Source: Catajapyx aquilonaris
Lineage: Eukaryota
Direction of reading: 5' to 3'
Length of the DNA stretch: 53,800 nt
Assembly (NCBI GenBank): GCA_000934665.2
Contig: KZ538688.1
Location: forward strand, 1 to 53,800
Made by a program: the position numbers and the translations under genes. The notes below the pieces were generated by a model. That model did not search any database. It was given only the letters and a program-made list of their open reading frames with translations, and was not told the DNA's origin. Of this stretch, positions 1 to 33,700 are shown piece after piece (position 1 is the first letter of the stretch; each line of letters begins with the position of its first letter).

Positions 1-179
1 AATTTGCTGATTTTTTTAGAGGGTGGGTTCATTGGTCAAAAATGTTTGTTTTGGGGTCCCCTACCCACCTTTAAAATTTATGCATGGGGTCTTGTTACAC
101 CCTGTATATATGTAGTTTTTTCCATTACCAATATTTGACCAATAACTGGAATGTTGACTGAGCATATTTTTTGTTTCAG

Positions 180-19969
<19,790 letters not shown>

Positions 19970-21521
19970 TCATGCCATAGACATTGTAGCAATGTACATA
20001 ACTTTTTAAATAAGCATATGTATGTAATCATGTGGGGGGAAAACTTGCATCATGTTTAAATTGAATGAGAAAATTTATGTGGCTCTGCATTGATTGTTAG
20101 GTATAATTGCCAGCGAACTAAATTATGTGTAAATTAATTCCAAATTTATATCTCGACATTGCTGCTTTGTAAAAATAAAACCACTTTGGTGTACATTTTT
20201 CTTATCAGCCTCAGCCTGTGGTTGACTTACTGCTGGTTGCACCAGGGCAAGGTTCAGGTTCAGATGTGGGTTTGCTAGTTATTAATAATTCCTAACAAAA
20301 GCAAACTGGTACCTGAACTTGAATTATGCTCTGGTGCAAAGGCCAGGTGATCAATAAATAATTGGATGGGAGATGTGATATACTATGACAAATAGCCTGT
20401 GACAAGTGATAGGTGCAAAAAAATAATTTGATGAACTGTACCATTGCATTCAGTCTACCTTCTGATCTGTGATGAGATAATCCAGAACAAGTGGATAATT
20501 ATGGGCTCTCCATTGCCAAGGTGGCATGCAGACTGCACCTGCAGTCCCTCACCTTTCATAATCAAAAACCATTTGGAACAGAAGTAGTGATGGAAAGTGA
20601 TTGTAACACTTTTTGGCCAATTGGGTAATTATTGTACAGATGTCAATTAATTGCAAACTTGAAATGGGAAGAATATTTGATTCAAGTGGTGCAACTAGAG
20701 GCATATATCAAGCTTACCAGCAATATTTAAATATAACAATACATTTGGAATACCTCGGCAATTAGTTTTGAAGTATTGTTACATTCTGTCCTGCTTGACC
20801 TTGTTCTCCCCAGACTGGGGTGCATCTCCACAGGTAGACCCACTCTCCTGGTATAGCTCAGAGAATTGGGGTGTCTCAATTATTAAATGGCATTGGCTTG
20901 AACTATTCTATATTATTGATTACAGGTATTATTCACACTCCAGTTCTCCTCTTATGGCCTGCAATACATTTCTTGGTCCTTTTGGCCTACACCTCAGGTG
21001 ATCTGTCATTCTGGCATGGTTCACCAATCCCACCAACTGCTGTGCTTCTCACTTGACGCTCTCTTGGCTCTTCTCTTTAGCGCTGCTTCCATATCTCTTA
21101 ATCTATTATTTAACTATTTGTTGCATAACCTGCACTGGCTTCTGCAGGTGTGGTCCCTTTTGGTCGTGGTTTCCAGACTGGAATTGGCACTCTCGCTGCT
21201 CATGACTCGTCACACCCTCTCCCACAGGACATGGAACTCGTCCTGAGTTCCCAGAGTACGGTGGACAAGTCAGCTCCAGGCAGATGAGACTGAGCATGGC
21301 ATGCAGAAGATGGCTGACCAACGTCCATGCGGCAAGGTCCAGCAGCTGTGCAAGGGACACCCAGCACTACACAAACACAACTACAGGAAACATGGGAATT
21401 ACAAAGTTGACAGATTCTCATGAAAGTATAGGAATCACCACAAATGTTCAGGTGGAGAAGAGTATCACATAACCCCAAACACATGCACACATACAACGAA
21501 ACTGTCAAAAAATCACCAATA

Positions 21522-22326
21522 TACCGTAATACCTCTAATAAAGCGACATGCCCGTGTAGTCGAGGTCGACCAGCCAGTTTTTAGAAATGCATGATCTGGT
21601 ATAAAGCATGCCGGTATAAAGTGAGGTGTGCCGGTATAAGGCGAGGTTTTCACATAAGTTACATTATCCTTTCTGAACTTGACATTTGCCTGAAAATCTA
21701 AATTCACATAAAGGCTATCGAAAAGGCACATTTTATGAATAGGGTACCTGTACCATACGAGTATATTGTTTTCAATTGCAGTGTCTGGCAATAATCTCTA
21801 TTTAAACCGTATGTTGGAGCAGGGGCTTCCGCTGTCAAAGCAGGCTGATGATGGTGTTGTAATGTATAGATACGCAGATAAAATAAAGTCTTTCCTGAGG
21901 GGATTCCCACCCTACACCACTAGCCAATCCCAGAGCATCCCGATTACACCATATGGCGTCAGCTATTGCACCACACCACCCTTCCTCCTTTTCCACTATC
22001 ATCTATTCCCAACTCCAGAGCAGACATGTAACCAGAACCAGACCTTGTTGTATTATTACAAAGGCCATTAACAACATATGGGATTGGTCACACACTCTAC
22101 ATTTTTTATATGCACTGTGCAACAGAACTTGCCTGTACACTCGTCCATTTTCATTGCAACATTATTTTAGAATGGTACCAGAAGCATTCCAAAAAAATTG
22201 ACAAGGATCAAAATTATGGAAATCTACCTCAGTTATTGCGGCATGCCGGCCACCCGCGGGTTATACCAGCATGCTGGTCGACCTTCTCCTATACCGGCAT
22301 GCCACTTTATGAGAGGTAATACAGTA
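21522..22326. mobile_element. pogo/Tigger-like MITE
   Basis: TACCGTAATACCTCTAATAAAG / CTTTATGAGAGGTAATACAGTA imperfect TIRs; a related inverted copy starts at about 53318. Confidence 0.55.
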
Positions 22327-22338
22327 GCCTACTACTAC

Positions 22339-22915
22339 TAGGGCCATTCTAAAATGATTTACAATTTCTTTTTTTTCCCCACGAATACAGTGCCCATACA
22401 GATCGACAGATAGGCACACATAATTATCGATAGAATTCTCCTGAAGCCAAATTCATTGGTGCCATGGGTGTGAGAACCTCTCCAGACCCTCCAGGAGGCA
22501 GGAACCATGTTTTGGTGGTGCGGTGCACCCACTCCTGGACCACTGCGCGCAGTCAACAATAATGTCTTCGACACATGGCGTCTGCAAAGGGGTTTTTAAA
22601 TGTCTCTGAACAGGTAAAAGTCATGGGGGCAGGTTGGAGGAGTACACCGGGTGTGGAATCACACAAACTCAGATCCATGTGACCATGGATATATCCCTTC
22701 GCCGATGCCGACACCATTTCGAAGACACTGTTGACAGTTGTTGACTGCAAGCAGTTGTCCGGTAGTGGGTACATCGCACCTCCAATAAGTGGTTTCTGGA
22801 GGGCCTAGAGTGGTTGACACACCTGTGGTGGTAGTGCATTCCGCTCCAGAAGCACTGTATTTGTGGCAAAAATAAATAAATAAATAAATTGTAAAGCATT
22901 TTAATATGGCCCTCG
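22339..22915. mobile_element. Mariner-like MITE, same family as 52120-52686
   Basis: GGGCCATTCTAAAATGATTTAC / GTAAAGCATTTTAATATGGCCCTCG TIRs; interior homologous to the USP8-intron copy. Confidence 0.6.
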
Positions 22916-24720
22916 AAAAAAAAAAACTCCCATTATTATCCCAAAAAGCAAATACGCATCCACAAAATCCAAAAGAAGAAAATAAAACTGCTTCCCAGGA
23001 TATTATTAATTTATCCTTGCATTCAAGTGAAGTGTTCTCGAGTGTTCCAGCGTTTGCTGTGTTACATTAGCCAGAGGGCAATAATATGCATGATACATAA
23101 ATCCAAAGCAAGTGTTTCATCATCATTACTTGCTACTTGAAATATTATGCTACAATTACCAACAATGAATAATAATGGGATGAACCACTTATTTTGCATT
23201 TACCACTGATCGCTCAACCCACCAAATAAATGGTGACGTAGTGAAAACTGTTCGTTGACTCCCTTCTAAATGACCAGTGAAAAGGTATCCTGGATCACTA
23301 GTCTGATCATGATTTCCATGACTGGTGAGGCGCACCTGTGACAGTGTACCTACAAGGCCAGTTGGTACAGTGCAGTGAGTGAAGTACGCTTGCTGTCTCG
23401 ATTTTGTCTCTGATTTGAAACGAGCGGGTCGTACGTATCACTCGTCTAATGGCTAGGATTGTTAGTACACCTTCCCTCTACCTCTGCGTACAGCGCCAGC
23501 GGAGGCTGTAATACCTGTAATATCATAATATTTAGGTATTAATATATTTTAAAATATGATACAACATTATATGGAGTTGATATGGAGTGTGATGTACAAT
23601 AGTATACCGGTATCTTTTCTAAAGGGCTTGAGAATTCAATTAAGTCAGGTGACATCTAGCGAGAAAAATGACCGACCGGTTCTGATAATTTGGCAATTTG
23701 GCGAATGATATTTAGTTAACCATAAATACAAAGTTTGACACGGTTTGACAACTCCATTGCGAGCAATGACTCGCTGCTGAGTAACAGGCGGAGTAACACG
23801 GCCTTATTCAGGAGATTGGAATCTAACTGTAAATCATCTGTAAATACATGTGGTACTTCCCCGCGGCTCAGTATCAGGAGCGATCAGGAGTCTACCTGAC
23901 TGTCTTCACTCTTCCCTCCTGACCAGTCTTGACCTCAAGTCTCTCTAGGAGCCTAGGTAATCAGGTAGGACCCAGACGGGAAAGGTGTCCCATAGAAATC
24001 CAATATGCAGTACATATATCAGCACATAGAAGGTCGAGTTTTCCTAGTTTCGTTTGCCTTGCCACATTAACAAGTGGCTGGCTCTATTGCTTTTTCTGCT
24101 GCTGGTTGGGTGTCAAAATAGAGTTTCTACCTGTGACAGTAAAATTAATGTGATGAATATTGACTCAGAAATAATTTTGCCTAATCATGTCCATGATGCA
24201 CAGGCGGAAATGTCACGTTGATAATTCATGTAATGTGTTAAATCAAGGTTAAATGCATGGAAACGTGCTATCAGTACTGGCAGGTACCGGTAGGCACTAT
24301 TGGCCGAAAACCTAATATGCATGTGATAATGAAATATGCACATATGTGGGGCTTTCGTTCAAGTGGATTTCTCCAAACCATCGGAGATTGTTTTATTGCC
24401 ATATTTTGAAACTAATTACTAGAAATTTAAAACTAGTGAAATGTTTGTATATCAAGACCTAGGCACCTAGCCAAGTACACTACCAGTTGCACTACTTGCT
24501 CCAGCCTAAGCATGTATATGTTCTCATACGATTGTGACCGCTGCTTGTAGTTAGTGGCATGTAGGGTTTGGTCTGATAGGCATAAGGGTTATTGCGTTTA
24601 TTTTCATTGTTACTTGTAATGAGAAGCGAAGTTATTAAAGTTACAAAATAATTATAATTAGTTATTGTATGAATTATGGGAGTACCTTCAATTATTTCTT
24701 TTTTTACTTGGCTTAGTTGG

Positions 24721-27700
24721 ATGGACATACCGAAAACACCAGTATCTGCCCTACAGGAGCTGTTTATGCAGTTCTCCCTTGTACCCAAGTATGAAATTGT
24801 AAATATTTCAGGGCAGGTTCATGAACCACTGTTTGTCTTCCGTGTCACAGTCAGGGACATTGTTGGTGAGTAGGTGTGCATGTGTGGCCAGCTAGGGTTT
24901 GATTTGATAATGATTTCACTCTAATCTTTAGAGGCTCAAGGCAAGGGTCCATCAAAGAAAATAGCAAAGCATGCTGCTGCTGAAGCTGCCTTGAAATTAC
25001 TGAAAACTGATCCATCTTTAGCTAAATATGGAGCCAAAGCTGCTGTAGCTGAAATAACGTGAGTAACTAAGCATGTAGTAATCATCACTGGCATAGTGAG
25101 GGGGTAAGAATAGGCATGCTTTTGTTTTATGGTTAGTAGTTGTATACTTGCACAAATGCAGTCATGAAAATAAGTTTGTACAGCGTTAGCAAAAATAAGG
25201 CAAATAGGGTGTAATAGTTTACACAATCGGTCTGGCAACAGGGCTAGTGCTTTTAATGTTTTTTGCAATACGTCAAGCCATCATCTTGACCTCTGTCAGG
25301 GGTTCATATTCCACCCCACTGTTGATGTAATTGCCCAAGTGCAAACTGGAGATTGGGAAAACAAGACATTAATTAATTTAAGCTGAAATTCTTGCTGGAT
25401 ATATTTTGCAACAAATGATAATTGATCGAAAAATATTTTGAATTTAATTGTGTTACATTTTACATTCTTGTTGAGGTTTGTATCAAATTATAGAGAAAAG
25501 GTGGATATGGCAGGATAGCCCAGAATCATTCCACATGCAACATCACCATTGAGAAGGTTGATCTCACTTATCAAGGGGTGTGAATTTTCCATGAGATACA
25601 GAATAATTTACAGGTACTGTATACCCAGAAGACATCAACTTAATGGAAAAAGAGAAATGAATGGAGAAATATGCAAATGAATATCTCAAAGTCATATTAA
25701 CACCATGTCTTGTCAGTCCCTTTTTATCTTGATGATGTCTTTTTCATTTAGGATTCCAGTCAGATATTTAGTGAAACTATAATAACATGCTGACATTATT
25801 TCGGTTAATAAATGTAAGGCTGACATTATCACTCCTCTGTAAGAAAGAACCCATGATAAGTATAGCCTCCATTTTAGAGGGAACACACCAGTGGCATCTC
25901 CGCAGGAGCATAACATCACAGGCAACCCAATAGGCTCTCTTCAAGAGTTGTGTGCTTTCTATCGGTACAAAACTCCAAGCTATGAAACTGTTGCAGAAGA
26001 GGGGCCTCCACACTCGAAAACCTTCACTGTCACTTGCAGCGCTGGGGATGTTACTGAAACAGGTATGTTGCTAGTTCAAATCGCCATGTATAGGTACCGT
26101 ATGCAATTTGCTGCTTTAGCATTTTAATGTCCTACTTTGCCAGGCATGGCCAAGACAAAACAATTGGCGAAGCAGCAAGCAGCATGCAGAGTCCTCGAGA
26201 AGCTGGAAAAATGTAGTCCATCATTCCAAGTCAGCGGCACACCCAAACTGGACATGGTGTGTATAGTAGGAGTGTAGTCTGGGAGGTTGATGACTAGATG
26301 ATCATTGGCTTGACGACTTGATGACCGGATGACCATTGACCTAAAGGTGTGTTCACATATACGCGAATGAAACTTGCGAGTGATTTTCAGGTTTTGCTTT
26401 TTCGCGTCTTTTATGTCACGAAGCAAGTGAATTTTGGAAAATTTTCTGGGCATTCACATATCCGCTATGCGATAAAACTTGCTCGTTAGTTATGTAGCAT
26501 GCTCTGTGCAGGGCAGGTAGGAGGGAGGACAGGGTCAGGGTCTTGTGGGCAGGGGGAGGTCTTGGGCTGAGAAAGATGGCAGAGCCCTGTGCTGCAGAGG
26601 CAGCCGGCATGGCAGTGAAAATGCTGCTGAACCGACCTCGGAAGGGCGTCCAGGTCACAGTGCACCAAGTGGGGCAATAGCTGGACATGGTGCGGAGGCT
26701 GGCCGGGTTGGGGAGTTTGCGACAAAAAAAATTGGTAACTTCTGAGCTCGGGCATCTGCATTCCCAACATGGCCGAGGAAGACCGACAAGCCCGCGTGGC
26801 GGCGCTGGGTGGCTCGAACCAGCTCCAAAATTCGCTCACTTTCGATCAAAATCGTGTAGATGTGAACGCACCTTAACGACTTGATGACTGGATGACCATT
26901 GCCTTGATGACTGGATAAAGGGTGGATGGCTGACGGCTTGCTGACTGAACGAGTGGTGCAAGACGAGGCAGTAGTCAGGACAAAGTAGTAGTCCGTACGA
27001 GGCTGTAGTCAGGACGAGACGACGCAACGGCCTAACTATTGACGGCTTGGTTGATGGATGACGATAATGATGGTGACTTGATTACTGGATGATTATTGTA
27101 GTGATATGATGTTTGGACGATTGGTGGCGAGATACTTGAAACTTGGATTCCTTATTGGTGGATGATGATTGATGATGTATTGTTACATTTTACCGGTTTT
27201 GTATGGTGTCATTTATGAATAAATGGGGAAGGAGGGGCTGTAGGGCCAACTTGGCTAGCCAGCCCGGAATTTTCATTAAGTAGGAGTGTAGTGCAGCTGA
27301 AACTGCAACTGTAATATTAAGGGAGTTAGAAACAATAGATTTAACAGCCCTTGCAATGTAAACAAAGTTGGCAGCCATCTTGCATTGCATTTGCATATTG
27401 TTTGATTGTTGCAGACTTTTGCAAATACGTAGTTTATGATGGAAAGTATCAACTTCCCATGTACAATGGTGGACATTAATGGTAGAGGACTGATGGTGAC
27501 ATCAGCTGTGGTGGCGAAAGAGAGCATTGAACCTGATCGAACCTATGAATAAGATCTGATGGCCCTGGGCAGGGTTGGCTGGTTTAAACCATGGTTTATA
27601 TCGAGTGGTTTAAATAAAAAAAAATTGAAAAGTAATCACAATTACTGCTCAAATATACTTATTTATGTTACTGCAAAATTAGCCAAATTAAATCATTCAA

Positions 27701-30700
27701 TAATCTATTTGAATTAACCTAATGAGTAGGGTCAGGTGGGGTAAAATGGGAAGTTTTTAATACAGAGTCCTTCCTTTGTTGACACTACAGAGATTTTAAA
27801 AAAAGACCCTGTTAGTGCATGCTTTGTGAATACAGAAAATATCCTCCAATTTTAATTACATTTATTAGATTATTATAAATATTTTTCACTAAGCTAGGTA
27901 AGGGTTCTGGAAGGGATAATATTACATATAGGTATGAAATATTATTAAGAAAATTAAAAGAGCAATTATTGCACTTTTAATTTTCTTACTGTATATTTTT
28001 TAGCCAAATGGGGTAAAATGTGAACATGAGTGCAATATTTTTATTATGTTTAATTTTTCATTAAATATGAAAAAAGTAAGTCATTCTTCTTTCCCATTCT
28101 CAAGTTAAAAGTTTAATAATTATAATCAGTTTAGTATTGTACCATATTATACAATGCCACTATTTTGTTATTTGTTTACTTATATTGTAACATTTAGGTA
28201 TATAGTCTGGTGACCTGGGGTAGCTTGCCCCCTGGGGTAACTCGTTGTTTACTGCTATCCTTTTACATATGCTGCCATGGTGATTGCCCCCGGGATAGCT
28301 TACCCCGGGTCATCAGACTAGGGGCCTTAAGCAACATTTCTGTATGAAATCTCGACATTGTTCTCAATATAATACCATACTTTGTGATTCAGTGTTTGAT
28401 TTGCCAGATAATTATAATTTTGTGCAAGATACATTTTCTTTATCAAAAGTATGACTTATTATTTACCTCACAATGAGTTGAATGGGCATATGTAGATGAT
28501 AAGAAGGCACAACTTGATTAAATTAATTTAAACCAAAAATTTGAAGTTAAATCTGGTTTAAACAAAAAATATATATAGTTTTTTGGTGTTTTTCCAACCC
28601 TGGCCCTTGGTGATTACCCAGGGCCATCCTATGTTATTAATCAGTGATCAGGTTCAATGCTCTCTTTCGCCGCTGTAGCTGATGTCGCTGTCAGTACTCT
28701 ACCATTAATGTACATACGGAGCGCAGGTGCAAAAAAAAAATTGTATCATCGTACCATTAACAAGAAATTTTCCACAACAATCGAACAATGTGCAAGTGTC
28801 CTGCAAGATGTCCATCAACTTTTACCACATCAAACAGTTACTGAGTTACTACTGTTACTAGCCTACTACATGCTTGTGCCCTTTTTGGTTTTTTATTCTG
28901 CCACAGGAAAGCATTGCATATAAAACAAGGAGGGTGACTGGAAAGAAGAAAGAAGAAGTCGCGATTCCTGACATGCACTTGTTGATGAAGATTGTTAAAG
29001 GGGAGAAGATGGAACAAATTCGAGTAAGTTTGCATCCATTATGCATTCATGTATATTAAATCCGGGGAGTGCTTGGACTCCTCTTGGAGTATTGCACGGA
29101 CCTTTATTTACTAACTTGTACAACGTACACAATTGGAACCTTTGACGAAGCGCCCGGGCCTATGGGCAGGATGACAGGAGGGGATGTGCAAGGTGCAGTG
29201 CAATGTCTTAAACGTCGCCATTTTTAGTGAACTCCACCGGGTAGTTTAGTCTGTGGAAATACCACCCGAGACGAAGCCAGAGGCGACCCTGAACTCTGCA
29301 CGAGATGAAGGGGGTGTCCCCGGGTTGGGATCGAACCCGGGACCTTAACATCTGTGGGTGCATACGTTACCACAGCACCACTCCGCCTCCCCTGCATTCA
29401 TGTATATTGTGACCAGGTACAAGTTTGTATTTTGTGGCCATGATATAGCCTAACAATATTAAAAGGAAGTTTTATGATTCTCAGGCTACATGTGTGATCT
29501 GGAGGAACAATAATTATGAAAGAGAACATGGCAATCAATGATTTCAGTTATCAAAAGGATAGATATACACTATGTTTCTATGTTTAATTTCTGTAAAGCT
29601 TACATAATTTTCACTCCTAGTTCATAATTATATGACAGGTGTGGTGGAAAAAGGTGATAACCCACAAAAGTGCAATTTTTCAGGAGAGCGAATTGAAGTT
29701 TGTACTCTCTTCACAAATCATAGGCAATGGTGATTTTGAACTAGTCTGTGTGGCTGTCTCGTGCATGATACGTGAACCTGTAGCATACCAAAAAATATGT
29801 TTGTCATGTGTTTTACATAGTTGCTAGGTGTTTAGGTCAAAAATGACAAAAATGAGGGTTATCACCTTTCCCACACACACCTCTTTATGATGATTGTCAT
29901 GAGAGCTTACATTGCTGTGATTAGGACAACACGAAAAGAAACATGTTAGAGTTGACAAATAGGCTTACATCTATGTGGAAGCCCACAGAGGCAAGTGTGT
30001 ATGTACATTTTAACGTGCATATACAGGGTGTAAATGAAATAAGTGCACATATTTTGAGGAGAGTGACTCGAAAGGAACATTTTTTGCCAATACACTTGGT
30101 GCTGCAGAAGTGTCATTAAGTCAGAAAACAAGGGTTTGTCATTTGTCATACAAACATGGCATACCCTTAGTAATTGTAGTAATACCATAGTAATATCATA
30201 GTAACCACCATGGTAACTATGGTTACTAATATTTAGACATGAGTGTGTGCCAAAGAGTTCTGCTATTATATAATATAATACCTAGAGGAGGTACTCCCTA
30301 TCCTTTTCCATTAGACAGGCTGAGGCAGCCGCCATCTTGTTGGAGGTCATATTGTTGTTCTAACAGTTGTCTAGCAACTGGGACAACAACCAATAATGAC
30401 AACTGGGCGACAATTAGTTCAAATAATGTCAGGCGTCCGCCATCTTGTTGGAGGTCATATTGTTGCCTGCATTGTTGCCTGCCTCACATTTCAGGCCGAG
30501 TACCTCCTCTAGGTGTATATATAATATAGCAGAACTCTTTGGTGTGTGCTTGATGCAAAACAGTCAACTAATATTGGGGTATTACTATGGTTACTAAGGG
30601 TATGATGTGTTTGTATGATGCATGACAATCTCTCTTGTTTTTACTTAACGGCGCCTCTGCGGCACCAAATATATTGGCGAAAAATGTTTCTTTCGAGTCA

Positions 30701-33700
30701 CTATCATTCCTCAAAAAATGCGCACTTATTTAATTTACATCCTGTATACATTTTGCACGTATATGGGGTCTTTCATAATTCACCCTACAGGCTTCTAGGG
30801 CAGTGGTTCCCAACCGTTTTTGGGTCGTGACCCCTTTTTATGATAGTCACGTAACCTGCGACCGGGCATATTTTTCCATAGAGAGAGAGAGAGAGAGAGA
30901 CAGAGATTTGTTTTGTAAAAATAATTTGTTACTCTCCCTCGCGACCCCAAATATTATGTTTGCTACCCTCAGTTTGGGAAGCCCTGCTATGCGGATAGTC
31001 GTAACTACCCTGCTCTTCCATTCGTCACTTTTGCTCTTTTCTTGCAACACAATCTTGTCAGTTATAGCAACGCAAGGCAGAATGGAATGACAGGACAGTA
31101 ACAGGACAGTACCAGGTTCGGCTGTACTTGCTCTTACTGGCGTGCGGGAGGCGGGAGGGTAGTAGTCGGTGGGGGCAGCGGACTGTGTCGCTAATATAAG
31201 TCTGTATCCGCAAGGAAGGAAGATTAAGTATGGTTAGGTTGGGTTGGTACAGTATACCCCCTTCTAAAATCCAAAAAATCAATCTGCCTTTGCGACATAG
31301 CCAAGCTGCCCCCAGCCACCACTCCCCCTCAGCTTCCCACACGCCAGTAAGAGCAAGACCTTCCCCAGGTTCAATCCCAAGCTTGGGCTTCCCCCATTTC
31401 ATCTCGTGCAGAGTTGGGTCATGTCTGGCTCCGTTGTGGGTGGATTAACCACCCAGGGGAATTCAAAAAATGACCATATATCAAACACTACACTTGCATC
31501 TTGCACCTCCCTTTCCACTTATCCTTGCTCATACACTTCACAAAAAGGTTCCAATATGTAAACTATGGTATAGTAAAGGCCTATGATATATATACAGGGT
31601 GATCCAACTCCATGGCACCAACAGTTATTGGAAAAATCAGCAAGCTGCTTGTTTATAAGCAGGTCGTTGCTAAGAGATCAATAAGAGATATTTTCTGGAG
31701 AATCGGGAATAGCACCTGCTGATATTAGGTCCAATGCCCATGTAACAATATTAATGAGGGAAAAAAGGGTCATCCGTGGGAAGCAGGCCTGTTCTGGTGT
31801 TCGCTGGAGGGTTTCACATGAGGTCACTAGCTGCCAAACCAGAGGTCTAATCCGTCGGAACTGGACAGACCCGGGTGTGTCAATAAATAGGCCTTCTGGT
31901 CTGTTCATTGTTGGCCGCAGTTGGCGCAACTGAGACAGGTCAACAGGCAGCGTTGTTTAGTGACCAGTAAATAAATAGTTCTTGTAGAGTCGGGACCAGG
32001 ACATGCCTTCAGGGGCCTATAGATCAGAAGGCTGCAGGTTCGCGTCCCCGTCAGGCTTCTTTTTTTTCCCCCTCTTTTTTTTGTCGTCTTTTCTTACGTG
32101 AAGATAGGGCTGTATCCGCAACGAGTGAAGGTTAGGTTTGGTGAGGTTGGGTTAGTACATCGTACCCCTGCCCCATGCCCACATCACATCAAGCAGTGAA
32201 AATTAATATTCCAGCACTGAAAATATCCGGCCTTCCCGCACGATGGCGCGCAGGCGAGGTGTCGTGTGTCGTGTGTCGGGGTGCCCGTGCTCTCCCGAGA
32301 CACTTGTTATTTTCGGGGGACGCGCCTCGAGCAGTCGTTTTCCTCATTTAACTATAAATAATTCGTGAATATACCGACAAGCAACAATCCTGCGAGGCAC
32401 GCTCCCGCTCACGAATTCGGCCAGGGGTGTCATATCAAAGGTCTATGCAATCACAGTAGAACATGGTGACTCCACAGACAACATCAGGGCAAATATATAG
32501 GGTACCCATGGTAACGCATATATTTCTATCATCTACATTGTATATCAGCATCATTATACAAAGCTTGTTGCTATGGTTACCTCACTCCCCGTACATTCAT
32601 GTGGGGAGGGAGAGAGAGTTCACTCACAAAAAGGGGTAACACAAAAAAGAAGTATTTACAGCAGATATCCAATTCCTGCATGCTACATGTTGATTTTGGT
32701 TATCTCGAGTTATCTTTTGATGGTTTGTGTATTGTGGAAGTAAAAAATTACTCCTGTCTCTTTTCAGGAAATGTCGATTTCTTCATTCGAGCTTGTAAGT
32801 ACCTTGTGGATAAGTTGCTTCTTTTACTCACAGCTAAAAAATCTACAGGTTTTTGTAAAACTGAAGAAGGATCTCTTCTTGGATAATTTTTTTCATCCGA
32901 CTGCCACAATACAGGGTGATCGAAAAAGAATGCATGGATTTTGAAACCCTATAACTTGAAAACTTGTGGACATATCTGAATGATTTAAGTTTTTTTTAAA
33001 GAATTATTTAATTCTTTTAAAATTTTACCCCGTGATAGGTTGGAGCCCTTTTAGGGGGGTGGCATACCACCATCAGTTTCCTTCGATTTTTTGTGACTCA
33101 TACTTCACTCATACTTCACACATGGGTGGGGCCAAGGATAGGGACGGAAGGAAGTCGCTGTGACCAATTTTTACGGAAACAACCCCGGAATTATCCTGGG
33201 GGGACCGTGGGAAACCACAGAAAACCACGGTCATGGTCGCCAGCCCCGGGATTCGAACCCAGGACCTCCTGATTAGCAGGCGGACTCCTTATCCACTATA
33301 CCAACCTGCTTCGGTGTAGTGATTTAAGTTTTGAAATGCTAAGAAATGTCTAAAGTTTTGACTTCACCTTAGTTTGTTTTGATATGAGGTTCATTTGTCA
33401 CTCAACAGATAAAAGAAGACAGTGTTCTGTCTCGTGCCAAACACGATCAATCGTATCTGGCGCTACAGTTGCGATCCTATCCTGTAGGTGCTGGATATCT
33501 CGGGTCTTTATACCACACACATGGTTCTTGATGATGCACATAAAAAGTTGCCTCATCCATGAAACAAACCTGCCGTAGGAAATGGAGCTCATATTGAAAC
33601 AAACTGTGGTAAGACCAAAACTTTAGACATTTCTTAGCATTTCAAAACTTAAATCATTTAGATATGTCTACAAGTTTTCAAGTTACAGGTTTTCAAAATA

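Noticed and set aside
22426..22433. DRE motif TATCGATA
   Set aside because: It lies inside a MITE, and nothing shows it serves the downstream promoter.
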